A program made the position numbers and the translations under genes. Below are positions 1-10,132 of a DNA stretch of 64,000 nucleotides, one piece after another (the first letter of the stretch is position 1; every line of letters begins with the position of its first letter). The notes under the pieces were generated by a model. The model was given only the letters and a program-made list of their open reading frames with translations, was not told the DNA's origin and made no database searches. Source of the stretch: Minutocellus sp. GHC0000111 (Eukaryota); contig OZ361258.1 in the NCBI GenBank assembly GCA_977018835.1, positions 2,666,001 to 2,730,000 on the forward strand, given 5' to 3'.

Positions 1-165
1 CTCAGTGAGAACCACCACAAGATAGTGGACTTGGTCGGAGATATCTGGGGCATTTAAATGGAGAAAATATTCGCCCCAATCTTCTACTATCTATTGGTAC
101 ATCGCTAGCTAGAGCATCGCAGTATTGTTTAAAAATCATATGCTCATAAGAATATATCATAGATA

Positions 166-255
166 AATATCTAATGTATCTACACCCTCCGATCAACCGT
201 TACATTTTCTAGTTGTCGATGAATATCTAATGTATCTACACTCTCCGAACAACCG
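166..255. repeat. Direct repeat, two 34-bp copies (166-199, 222-255), 2 mismatches
   Basis: aatatctaatgtatctacaccctccgatcaaccg vs aatatctaatgtatctacactctccgaacaaccg; the second copy overlaps the stop codon of the 236-976 gene. Confidence 0.85.
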
Positions 256-976
256 GGACATCCTCTTGTCGTCGATGTCTATCCTTGGCCGCATAATAGT
301 CATTTCTCACCTTTTCTTTCAAGCTCCGCATGAACAATAAACCCAAGACAAAGTACAGGACACCGATCACAACCATTCCCCACGAACTAAGCTGCACAAA
401 AATTGAAATTAAATCACTTCCAAGGATGTTGCTGGTGGATGAATCGGACACTAGCACAGCAAAGGCCTCCTCCATACCCACCAGACCCAGGAACGAATAG
501 ATCCATCCCCGCATTAACCAATTGTTTGTCGGTAGATTTCGCATAATTTGTGGTGGCCAGTCCAGCTCCACCAACATAAAGACCAGACAAAATATCAGAA
601 TGTACAATCGGAGTGAAAACTGAAGGAAGGGCAGATGCTTCTTGGATAGAAGAATAATTTGCGATATCGACATGCAGGCGAGTACGATGACGGATAGAGT
701 CGTGATGGAAGCAAAGAACATGAAGCAACCCTTTGTGAATCCACCAATCTCCTCGTTGGAGGTGTATGGGCTTTGCTGGAGGGCAGAGTCGCCTGATGTT
801 GCAGTATTGTCGGAGTTACCACCATTTTGGGAATCATCAGCATTGTCGGCGTCAATCCCACCAGCCTCGATGTCAACTGCAGATTCGGCACGATCATCAG
901 CATCGCTCGCAATGAGCGGTGTTTTCTCATCAGCACCGCCGCTCGGCTTACCGGCCTCCTCTAGCGCAGAGCTCAT
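236..976 (-). CDS. Multi-pass membrane protein, COPI-associated/TVP15-like family
   Basis: ORF 236-1147, likely ATG at 976 (MSSALEE). Acidic N-tail then four hydrophobic helices with LRLYILIFCLVFMLVELDW and NWLMRGWIYSFLGL. Confidence 0.6.
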   Translation of the reverse strand: MSSALEEAGKPSGGADEKTPLIASDADDRAESAVDIEAGGIDADNADDSQNGGNSDNTATSGDSALQQSPYTSNEEIGGFTKGCFMFFASITTLSVIVLACMSISQIILLSKKHLPFLQFSLRLYILIFCLVFMLVELDWPPQIMRNLPTNNWLMRGWIYSFLGLVGMEEAFAVLVSDSSTSNILGSDLISIFVQLSSWGMVVIGVLYFVLGLLFMRSLKEKVRNDYYAAKDRHRRQEDVPVVRRV

Positions 977-1392
977 TGTTGGATCTCGTATAGGAAGCGT
1001 AATCCTGCAGAAAACTTGCTTTCCGACATGGAGCCGCAGCAGCATAAGATTGCCACTGCGTTCTGGCTTCGCAGAGAAGAGATGCTGCTGCTCTTGGCGC
1101 CACCACAATCTGAGAGTGTCGAAATTTATAGCTCTCAAATAACACAAATTTTATAAAAACACAAATTACAATAACATATTGAAATGTAAGAAGAATAGCG
1201 TCAATGAAGCATTCTCGAGCCGGCATCGCCCTGCAGCCTCTCTGAAGTCGCCGAAACCCAGTCAACGCCAGATCAGAAACACAAAATCCGTACCCCCAAA
1301 TCTGCCGGAGACTATCCAAACGCCAAACATACAGCGGTAAGAGATTGTCGGCAGGAATATTCTGGAGCGCTTGAGCTGCAGAGCCACCACCG

Positions 1393-3465
1393 ATGGTCGT
1401 AATCGATAGCTCGCAATCCAAGGAGCCTGCCCTCGAGGTCCCCTCCAGTCGCAACAATCATAGTCCGACGGCAGTGGCAGCAACAATGAGCGTCAGTTCG
1501 ATTGGGGCCGATGCCGACGATGAAGTCAAGTCTTATCACCACAACGCCATGGCCCATACTACCGCCACCGCAGTGCCAGGCTCGGATCAAACCGATGCGA
1601 CTGCATCGGTGGTGAGTAGTAGCGATGGCAGTGATGGCGGGGACATGACCAGCGACCAGCCCAGCACAAACGGTGGCGTGGAGACTGTCCTACTCACCAA
1701 GTCGGCCACAGGCATTACCAGCAACAACTCCGACGATCACTCGCACTTGGCTACCACACTCCTGTGCTGCATGCAAGATTCTTACGCCGAGGCGACAATG
1801 TCAGAGGCTACTGCTCCAGCTGCTCCGGTCACTTCTTGTCAAAATTCACATGATGGCGTCACCACCACAACCGACGCAGCAAACGAGAGGAAAGTCGAGG
1901 CATCAACCCAACCAACGTCGTGGACAGAGAGTACCCGCCGAAACATCGAAATGGGCATCGAGTCCCTTCTCTCTACCGTCGATAGTACCGGCACCCGAAA
2001 GAAGCAGAACGGGGCCGCCATTACCAGCAATGGCGGTCAAGATATGGCCGACACAAAAGTACTCTCGTCAGCATACGAAGAGAGGTACCGCTCCATGGTG
2101 CAGACCGGTCTCTCCAACCTCGAAGAAAAGTACGAGGCATCGACTTGCACCGAAAGTCGAACGGCTGACAACAATGTCAACCAGGTCCAGGAGGGTTCAC
2201 CGAGCGATTCACAGCCAGCACAAGCGAGTAGCGAAGATGAAACGGTCGTCAGCCCGAATCCTCTCACTCTCGCCCGGCGGAACTTCTCCCCCTTGGAACG
2301 ATCGGAGCGTCTCCGTCACATGAGGAGGGAGATGTCACTCTCGGACCGAGATGAGCCATCGGGTGGTGCTTCCTCCAGTAATGCAGGTCCCATTGGGACC
2401 TCGAGAACAAGCTCGGCACCGGTACAGGGAGCAAGTAGGAGCAAAAACAAGATCGCCCAATCATTTGATGACGAGCACTTTCGCAGTCAGGCGCAGATGA
2501 ATACTTCCGAGCAGAATTCCACAACGCAGTCAGGAGCTTCCAAGTTCAACTGCATTAGTGGAGGCAGCTCCATTGATATCAGCGGCAGCAACCGTTCCTC
2601 TGCGCCTTCGTCTTCCGCCGAAGGAAGCCTGCTCGCGAAATACTTTCAGAATGCCTGCATGTGCGGCGACGGGGGCCGATTGGATCCGGTCGATGAGGAA
2701 AACGATATCCTCGTTTCTTCCTCATTCATTGTTGGCCAGGCACAATTTTCTGGTGGCGACGATAATGAGTTGCTGCATGGGTATGACAGTGACCCGGAAT
2801 TGTTCCACGCTGCATCATCGAGTAGTTCCTTTGGCATCACAGTCAGAGACTCCAAGAAGGTCGTCTCAAAGGAAGGACAAAGTGCTGGCACCGGTAAGCT
2901 ATCAATGCATGAGACACGCTCTATTGATCTGGAAGATGACAAGGCCACATCAAAGCTTATTCAAGAGCTTGTGCATGACACAATGAACCTGGTTTTGCAC
3001 CCAGATGCTTCGGAATTGGCAGCAAGAACCAGCAGTGCCCCCAGCGGTCAGCGCGTCTGGGTCGAACTTGGAAGTCGCATCCAGGGCCAGATCATTCAGC
3101 CTAAGCTTGTGTGGCGAACTGCCCACCAGAAGAGCAAAGGTAAAAAGGGCGGTGCACCGAATGCCGATGAACCGACAACAAGCATTGACATTCTCGATAT
3201 TTCTCGAGTAAGAGAATTGTCTGACGCGGAGCGCAAGGATGGCTATCCCCTTGCCAAGAGAAGCCGCTCCTTTGCAATTGTAACAGCGGATCATTTGACA
3301 TATGTCTTCGAGGCAAAGAACGCCCAGGAGAAGGACCGCATCACCCTGGGACTGAAACTTCTCGTGGCTCGTCTTGCATCTCTTATCATTGTTGGTGACA
3401 AAAGGCTCTTTGCGGACTTTTTTTACCCTGATTCGGCGGCCGACTTCCATCGGACCTATGAGTAA
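1393..3465 (+). CDS. Hypothetical protein, disordered N-terminus with C-terminal PH-like domain
   Basis: 690-aa ORF. C-terminal SIDILDISRV...RSFAIVT...TYVFEAKNAQEKDRITLGLKLLV resembles a PLC-type PH fold. Confidence 0.65.
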   Translation: MVVIDSSQSKEPALEVPSSRNNHSPTAVAATMSVSSIGADADDEVKSYHHNAMAHTTATAVPGSDQTDATASVVSSSDGSDGGDMTSDQPSTNGGVETVLLTKSATGITSNNSDDHSHLATTLLCCMQDSYAEATMSEATAPAAPVTSCQNSHDGVTTTTDAANERKVEASTQPTSWTESTRRNIEMGIESLLSTVDSTGTRKKQNGAAITSNGGQDMADTKVLSSAYEERYRSMVQTGLSNLEEKYEASTCTESRTADNNVNQVQEGSPSDSQPAQASSEDETVVSPNPLTLARRNFSPLERSERLRHMRREMSLSDRDEPSGGASSSNAGPIGTSRTSSAPVQGASRSKNKIAQSFDDEHFRSQAQMNTSEQNSTTQSGASKFNCISGGSSIDISGSNRSSAPSSSAEGSLLAKYFQNACMCGDGGRLDPVDEENDILVSSSFIVGQAQFSGGDDNELLHGYDSDPELFHAASSSSSFGITVRDSKKVVSKEGQSAGTGKLSMHETRSIDLEDDKATSKLIQELVHDTMNLVLHPDASELAARTSSAPSGQRVWVELGSRIQGQIIQPKLVWRTAHQKSKGKKGGAPNADEPTTSIDILDISRVRELSDAERKDGYPLAKRSRSFAIVTADHLTYVFEAKNAQEKDRITLGLKLLVARLASLIIVGDKRLFADFFYPDSAADFHRTYE

Positions 3466-3648
3466 GATTCAGAGTGGAGTCTCTCCTTTCTTACTCGCCT
3501 CGATATGAGCGATACTACGAAAATTATAAAAAAACATTCTTTCTACTCAAAATTATATTATTTCTTGTCGTACGCCATTTATGAATAGCTCTCTCAAAAC
3601 GTTATATAACAAATACAGACATCCATCGCACTCACAAAAAAGGGCATC

Positions 3649-5076
3649 CTACTCAGGCTCTTCGACTTCTTCAGGCAAGGCACATTTCAAGAACCGAACT
3701 GCATTGTTCAAAGGTTCTTCTCCATCATAATCTTTGGCACGAATCCATGCAAACAATTTCGCGCCTCGCACAGTGGTCCTCTTCGAAGGATCCCAATGCG
3801 TGAGCGAGTGAATGAGCTGCCCAGCATCCGGGGGCAGCTCTTCGACGGACCGATACTTCTTCCCCCTTCCCTCCTTCTTACCAGTCATCTTCTTCAAAGC
3901 CTTGCTCGCAAGTTTCGACATCTTGGCGATGGGAGTCTTCTGCATCGCAATGAACTCATCAACTGCGATATGCGGCGGAACACCTGTCAACATATATCTG
4001 CATGTAGCACCAAGCGAGAAAGCGTCTGCGACCATGCCATAATCACTGACGCATTCGGCCAGAGGCCTATCAGAATCGGCATCTCTCCTACTCGAATGTC
4101 TACCAGAATTATGCCGACGATGAATAGACCCATGGATGGAGCTGCTAAGATTGCTTGTAAACTGCCTGACCCCTCTTGTGATTTCGGGCGCGGCATATGA
4201 TCGTTGTCCGAGAGCACTGAGATCGCGGACAATCTGACGGCTCATTGAGCGATCTAGTGCGGCTTTTCGTCCTCGCTTTGTCTTTTTCCCATGCTGGGAT
4301 CCATCATCGATTGGAGCTTCAAGAGATGCCAGTACTGCAGCGTTCAATTCTTTGTTTCCATTCTCCAATGGAAGGTCAGGCGCGATATTTTCAACTAGAT
4401 TGGAAAGGCCAAGATCGGTCTTTATCTCGCTCGGCTTTAGTGCCCTGGCAAAGCCGAAATCAATGAGGGTGATGTTGTATCTTTGTTGGCGGACAGCCTC
4501 CTCTCCATCGAGGCCATCCGAATAGCACTCCTCCGACGTTGGTTTGGCACCACTTATGATGATGTTATCGGGCTTTATGTCGCGATGAATTACGGCTCTA
4601 GAATGCAAATATGCAATGGTATCTACGAGTTGAATGGTTATCTCCCTGGCCATCGGTAGGCCGAGCGCTCCTCCCTTCTTCAGCATCAGTTCCAAGGTTG
4701 GTCCTCGAGCTAATGAAAGGACAATGCATCGCGGAACTGGATCGCCATCCTTCTTGTCATCGTCGTAAAATACATCAATGAGGCGCACGATGCGCGGATG
4801 TTCCAGCTCTGATAGAATTTGCACTTCGCGTTTGGCATAACCAGCCTCAGATCGGGTTCTGGATGTGGACGTACCCCTGCCGACGGTTTTCATCGCCACC
4901 AAGGTGTCAACACCTGTATCAGCACCTTCCGGCACGTCCCTCTTCTTGGCAAGATACACCGACCCAAAGCCACCCTTGCCGAGCGGCCTTATCGGCTCAT
5001 ACGCCTCCAGCGCCGAGGTCGGCCAGGGTGGGTTGCTTGACATCGCTTTCGTTTTTATTGATGCCATGGCATGCAT
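3649..5076 (-). CDS. Ser/Thr protein kinase
   Basis: GKGGFG, VAMK, HRDIKPDN, DFG, YAAPE, DAFSLG motifs; long activation-segment insert. Confidence 0.93.
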   Translation of the reverse strand: MHAMASIKTKAMSSNPPWPTSALEAYEPIRPLGKGGFGSVYLAKKRDVPEGADTGVDTLVAMKTVGRGTSTSRTRSEAGYAKREVQILSELEHPRIVRLIDVFYDDDKKDGDPVPRCIVLSLARGPTLELMLKKGGALGLPMAREITIQLVDTIAYLHSRAVIHRDIKPDNIIISGAKPTSEECYSDGLDGEEAVRQQRYNITLIDFGFARALKPSEIKTDLGLSNLVENIAPDLPLENGNKELNAAVLASLEAPIDDGSQHGKKTKRGRKAALDRSMSRQIVRDLSALGQRSYAAPEITRGVRQFTSNLSSSIHGSIHRRHNSGRHSSRRDADSDRPLAECVSDYGMVADAFSLGATCRYMLTGVPPHIAVDEFIAMQKTPIAKMSKLASKALKKMTGKKEGRGKKYRSVEELPPDAGQLIHSLTHWDPSKRTTVRGAKLFAWIRAKDYDGEEPLNNAVRFLKCALPEEVEEPE

Positions 5077-5275
5077 GGGGTGACTGGGGGAGGAGCCGGA
5101 GGAGCAGGCGGGGCATAAATGTTTGACTCGTTGCCGTACGTACGTAGGAGAAATGACGCGCCCGCCGCCGCTTTATGGCCTTCCTTGGTTTGTCGTCATT
5201 ACCGGTAGCCAATTGGTCGATAGGATCATCAAATCAATTATTTTCTAGATCTATCCATTCTTCTAATAAGATGCG

Positions 5276-7435
5276 CTATCTACCGGTACCTTCCGAATTC
5301 CATTTGTCTAGCCAATCCACCTTGTAGCCATTGACGATGCCTTTGAGCTCATCATCTCGATCGAATTGGTGTGCAACGGGGCTTATGCTTCCGTCCCAAT
5401 TGAGGACTTCGTTGGTTCCCTCCTTCAATAGACCTCGCTCTCTCAAGGGCTTATCCCTCAGGAGACCAAGGTTGTTGATAATGCCCTTGCCCTGCTCCCA
5501 GAGTTTGACGCTTTCAATTCCTTTCACTCCCTCCAAACCATGTGAGTAATGCAAGTAGTTGTGAAAGCCTTGGTCACAGCCTTTGACTTTGCAATGTGTC
5601 TCATCGAATTGGACCACCATCGCTCTCAAGTAAGCTTCGATGGCAACTTGCTCTCCCATAGTAGAACCAGAGCAAACCACTGGCTTATCGAAAAATGGAG
5701 ATACATTATCCACCCCGTATGCCGTCTTGAGCCATCGCGAGTTGAACTGACTCTGTCCAATGGTCGTGGCCTCGGCATTCTCCTCAAAAAAGTAGAGTTG
5801 TCCACTTTCGGCTTGCTCATCATCTTCTCTCGGCAGGCCCTTGAAGGGGTCGGTCTGGAATACTGCATCACGAGAATCAATCAGCATGAGCCAGCTATTG
5901 GCATGGTAAGCTAGACTCCATGCCCAGTACAGCTCATATCGGGCCGTTGCCACAGGTCTAGCCTCCCGAGGATCGTCCGCCGGTTGGGGTTTGGCATCGG
6001 GAGAATCGGCATCTGATGTGCCGTACATGCCACTGAATTGACATATGCGCATTCCCTCCTTAGGACCAGACGCAAGCTTTCCCGAGCCGGTGTAGCACTT
6101 CCAATCGACGGTGTACACAACCAAATTCGGTTGAGCACGCAGGTACTTCTCAACGCCTGGCTTCAACTTATCAAGAGACGATACACTCAAAACGACGTCG
6201 CCTGTAAAACCGGTAGCCTTGAGTGACTCCATAAATGCCAGATAGATCTTGATGTCGTATCCCTCGGCAAAGGCAAAGATGGCATCCTCGTCCGGTCGAT
6301 GCTTACCAAATGTCGGCTCGAGGATAACGACGGCGTCATCGCCCACCATGGCAGCTGGCGAGGGATATTCTTTGATTGGTTCGGCGCCATCTTTTTTAGT
6401 CACAGCAGCAGCTTCTGCTTCTTTCACTACTTCATCTTCTTTTGCCGTATTTTCAGCTTCATCGTCCTGAACAACCACTGTCTTCATGGCAACCATCTTT
6501 CCCATCGCCCCTTGGACTCGTCCGTTCTCCTCAACAACATGATCTTGCACCTTGGTCCAGAACTTGTCATCTTCTGCCTTCAATTCCGCCTTGCGCTGCT
6601 CTACCTTTTTGGTCCATTCGGCCTCATTCTCCTTGGTCGTCCATGCGGGTATGTCATCGCCCAGCCATTGCGTCAGCGTTTTGACCCCTCGATCCTTGCC
6701 CTTGGCCTGCCGTTCTTTCAACTTGCGCAACTCAACCTTGAGCTTCTTCTCACCATCGACAAAGGAGGATGGCTGAGCGAGCATTGCCGCCGTAGCTTCT
6801 CCTACTGTTGTTTGTGCATCATCTCCACCTTCGTCAATGTTGTCGCCACGGGCATCATCTGATGCAGCAGCTGCATCCGTATCTGCGTCTGCGTCTGCAT
6901 CCGTATCTGCATCTACCACTATTGCTCCAGAATCGTGGGGATGCGTATCCTCGGCATCTTTGTGCGGTTCCGGTGGCAGACGCTGCTGTTCGGGTGGTTC
7001 ACCATCGTCATGCTCGTGAAAGTTACGGGCAATTTTACCGGCATTTTTGTTCGTCGAATCTTCAACAACTGATGGACCTCGCTGCCCTATTGGCCTCTGG
7101 TTACTGTGGGTTGCTCCCGCACTGCTACTGGCAATATCTAGCGGAACAGTCTTTTCTGGTCGTCGGAGGTGACCCTTCTTATCACGCATGCTGCCCACAA
7201 CGAAAAGGAGCACGGCGAGTCCCAACAGCAGATAGCAGAACCAACCCGACGATGTACCCGGGGATGAGCGGTAGATGTTACCGCCGCCGCCAGGAGCAAC
7301 AGCACGGCCACGGGATCGGTGGGGATGCGTCTTGTCCTCACCATCCTTCTTGTGCTGTGCCGAGTACGACGCCGAGGGATGGCCTCCCAAGTGGGATGGC
7401 GATGACGCCTGCCCCTCGTGCTTCCGTCGCAGCAT
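5276..7435 (-). CDS. Type II membrane protein, putative GT-A glycosyltransferase-like
   Basis: One N-terminal TM helix, acidic stem, LIDSRDAVFQTDPF, CSGSTMG, DQGFHNYL and HQFDR motifs. Confidence 0.7.
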   Translation of the reverse strand: MLRRKHEGQASSPSHLGGHPSASYSAQHKKDGEDKTHPHRSRGRAVAPGGGGNIYRSSPGTSSGWFCYLLLGLAVLLFVVGSMRDKKGHLRRPEKTVPLDIASSSAGATHSNQRPIGQRGPSVVEDSTNKNAGKIARNFHEHDDGEPPEQQRLPPEPHKDAEDTHPHDSGAIVVDADTDADADADTDAAAASDDARGDNIDEGGDDAQTTVGEATAAMLAQPSSFVDGEKKLKVELRKLKERQAKGKDRGVKTLTQWLGDDIPAWTTKENEAEWTKKVEQRKAELKAEDDKFWTKVQDHVVEENGRVQGAMGKMVAMKTVVVQDDEAENTAKEDEVVKEAEAAAVTKKDGAEPIKEYPSPAAMVGDDAVVILEPTFGKHRPDEDAIFAFAEGYDIKIYLAFMESLKATGFTGDVVLSVSSLDKLKPGVEKYLRAQPNLVVYTVDWKCYTGSGKLASGPKEGMRICQFSGMYGTSDADSPDAKPQPADDPREARPVATARYELYWAWSLAYHANSWLMLIDSRDAVFQTDPFKGLPREDDEQAESGQLYFFEENAEATTIGQSQFNSRWLKTAYGVDNVSPFFDKPVVCSGSTMGEQVAIEAYLRAMVVQFDETHCKVKGCDQGFHNYLHYSHGLEGVKGIESVKLWEQGKGIINNLGLLRDKPLRERGLLKEGTNEVLNWDGSISPVAHQFDRDDELKGIVNGYKVDWLDKWNSEGTGR

Positions 7436-7846
7436 TGTTAATTTATATCAACCCCCCACGTAACAATCTCTACTAGTACGCAGGACAATCGCCCTTCTTC
7501 GACTTCTCCAGTGACCGGCGATTGCGAGTACACGTATGCGAAGTGATGATCGTTGCTTTCCTACAAAAGAGGCAATGCTGATGGTGAGGATACAACGAGG
7601 CGTTTACTTCGCACTTGTTGATGGCCATTTTTGTGGGAGATAAAAACGAACTTTCTGCAGAAAGCGCCAGAAAGCTGGAAAGTGTGAAACAATGTCCCGA
7701 TTCATGGTGTGGTTTTTACAGGCTGGGCAGGCTTGCGGAAAAACAAGTGTCAAAACCAATCGCCAGAGTTTGGCGATCGGGTTGCACATCATGTGAGCAA
7801 TGGCTCATTTGCGCTCGAAAGCAGCAGCACCTCATTATTCCTCGAC

Positions 7847-9889
7847 ATGAATATGCTGCGAGCGCAAGGAAAGCAGACCGCTGCGGCGGCGCTGCAGAAG
7901 AAGAGCGCAGTACAGCAGCCTTCTCCACAACAAGGTACTGCCGGCGCGGCAAGGCTGGCAGGCGATATGGGCCGCGCCGATTCTACAAAAGCCGCCGATG
8001 GGTCCGGCATAAAACTTTTCGATCACTTTCTCATCGAAGTGTTTGGCGGTGTTGCTTCTTCCGATTTGGACCCGTCGTATCTCGAGGACGGCGGCATCGA
8101 GCAGTTGGGCCGCGCATATGCCACATGGCTCGCAGATACTAACATACCACTCAATTTTGAAAAGTATCTCAACGATTCCAGTCTCGTCCCATCGAAATTC
8201 CTCAAGTACACGACCCTCAACGAATATTTGGGCAAGGCACTGAATTTGCTGGAGAAGATTTGCCCTGACGACCCTCTCTGGAAAGACGATGGTCTACGTG
8301 GAGAGTTTTCTGGTGCATCTTTTAAGAAGGCCTGCCAACGCAGCCAACAGCAAAAGAGTGACACCTTCGGACAGGAGCCGAAGCTTGCTCTGTATCGGAA
8401 AGCTCGTCATGGGGATGGAGAAACTACCACCGCGCCTCCCCACTGGATGAACCTCCTCAATGTTGAGGATATTGGAAAAAATATGCTCCGCGCTACGAAG
8501 ATTGGTGATGTTGCAACTGGCCTTGCTGCCAAACGCCTTGCACTTGTCCTTACCAAGCACGGTGTCGGCAGAGGAGGCGAAGTGAAGTACCTTGATACCG
8601 CTCACTTCAAATTCGATCCTTTTCTGATGGCGCTGGATACTATGTGGACCGAGCAGAAGACGCTCAACAGATATTCCTGCCCTTTCGTTCCAAACAAGGA
8701 TGAACCGTACAGCGATGTATTTCATGCTCTTGGATCACATGTGGTTGTTGAGAGGGGACTATATCGCATGCAGTCGGATGATGGGAAGAAACTGAACACC
8801 CACCTCTTTCCACAGCTGAGAACCATGGCTGGAAGTGGTGCATCGCGGTGGCAAACGTCGGCGATACAGAAGAATTTATCGGATGCGACACCAAAAGAAG
8901 AGAGGAAGAAGGTCACTGCCAAGTCGTCGCGTATCGGATCTATTACTGAAATGGGTGCTATGAATGTGGGGTTTTATCCCAGTCATGCTCGATCTGGCCA
9001 TACCGTTGGCACCAACCAAGAGAACTATTTCGACCGCTCCGATCCTTCTGTCTCTTTGTCAGCGGCGAAGGCTCTTGCTGGTTGGGTCGATTTTGGCGCC
9101 TTTGTTCATCCTCCTAATCTTCGTTGTCTGGGAGTTGATAAAGAGGTTACCGACAGGCTTATCATGAAACTCGTCAACTGCTCTCTCCCTGATTTTTTTC
9201 CGAACGGCCGTCTCTACCCAATCGTCGAAATATGCATCGCTTCTTTGATTATGTACGATGTCCAAGTCACTTCTGACCTCGGTCCAACGAATGCTGTGAG
9301 TCTTGCCCTTCGAGACGGATTCAAGGCAGCTAACATATTGGATTCTCGCTCCTCCTGTGGCACTTTTATTGGAGCTCTCAAATGCTGGTCCGAGCTCATC
9401 TTGAAAGACTTCAAATCCCGCAATCCTGATTTCCAGCCTCTTACTAATGCTAGCAATAGCATTCAAGTTATCAATACTCTCAATCAGCAATCTCAAATGC
9501 TGTCTCAGCTTTCGAACGAACTTGCCGACCTGAAGAGACAGAACATTCTGCTCCAGACTCTGCTTGAGGACGAGCGACAAGATCGGAAGGAGATGGGAAG
9601 TATGTTCAATTTGCCGAAATCGCCCGAGCCCAAGTCCAGCAAGAAGAGAAAGACAGACGAAAGTTTTATTACCAGCACCCCTGTGCAGTTGGATTACCCA
9701 CCTGAAGAGGTGGAATTGGAGAAGAATTATGACAGCGTCGACGCCGATCAACTTCATGGAGGAACTGCGTTGCACGACATTATATCCGGTGCATGCAAAC
9801 AGGGTCTGCTGAACGATGGATTTGTTTTTACGGGTTTGGAGAGGCCGGGCAGGTTTACAGACAACGCCAAGTACAACCACTGTCTTGAC
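7847..9889 (+). pseudogene. Tyrosine recombinase (Crypton-type), 5' part, 681 codons
   Basis: Catalytic-motif order R (GRGGE), K (EQKT), KxxR in place of HxxR (TAKSSRIGS), H (ARSGH), Y (ENYF), then KALAGW. Frame is cut at the TSD and the LTR supplies a stop at 9893-9895. Confidence 0.8.
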
Positions 9890-10084
9890 TGCTAAGAGGT
9901 CCTAAAGCTAAGCTAGATAGATATAGCTAGTAGAGGTAATAGGACCTACGTAGATGAAAAATGGGCCATCGGAGATGTCGTTGGCCCATGGATCAACGGT
10001 CAGGAGAGGGCACTGAGTCAGTGGTCTGATCACCGTACATACCGTACGTATGTATACGTACGTACGTATCCCACGGCATCAACA
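9890..10084 (-). repeat. 3' LTR (195 bp)
   Basis: Matches 15902-16097 except one 1-bp indel and one substitution (10039 A vs 16052 G). Confidence 0.97.
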
Positions 10085-10094
10085 CACCCTCGCA
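10085..10094 (-). promoter_or_regulatory. Polypurine-tract-like plus-strand primer site
   Basis: Element-sense TGCGAGGGTG directly abuts the 3' LTR. Confidence 0.6.
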
Positions 10095-10132
10095 GATCAA
10101 TGACTAGTGCCATTGAATCTACATGTAGAGTC

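Noticed and set aside
166..255. CRISPR-like repeat-spacer
   Set aside because: Only two copies, overlapping a stop codon, eukaryotic context, no cas genes
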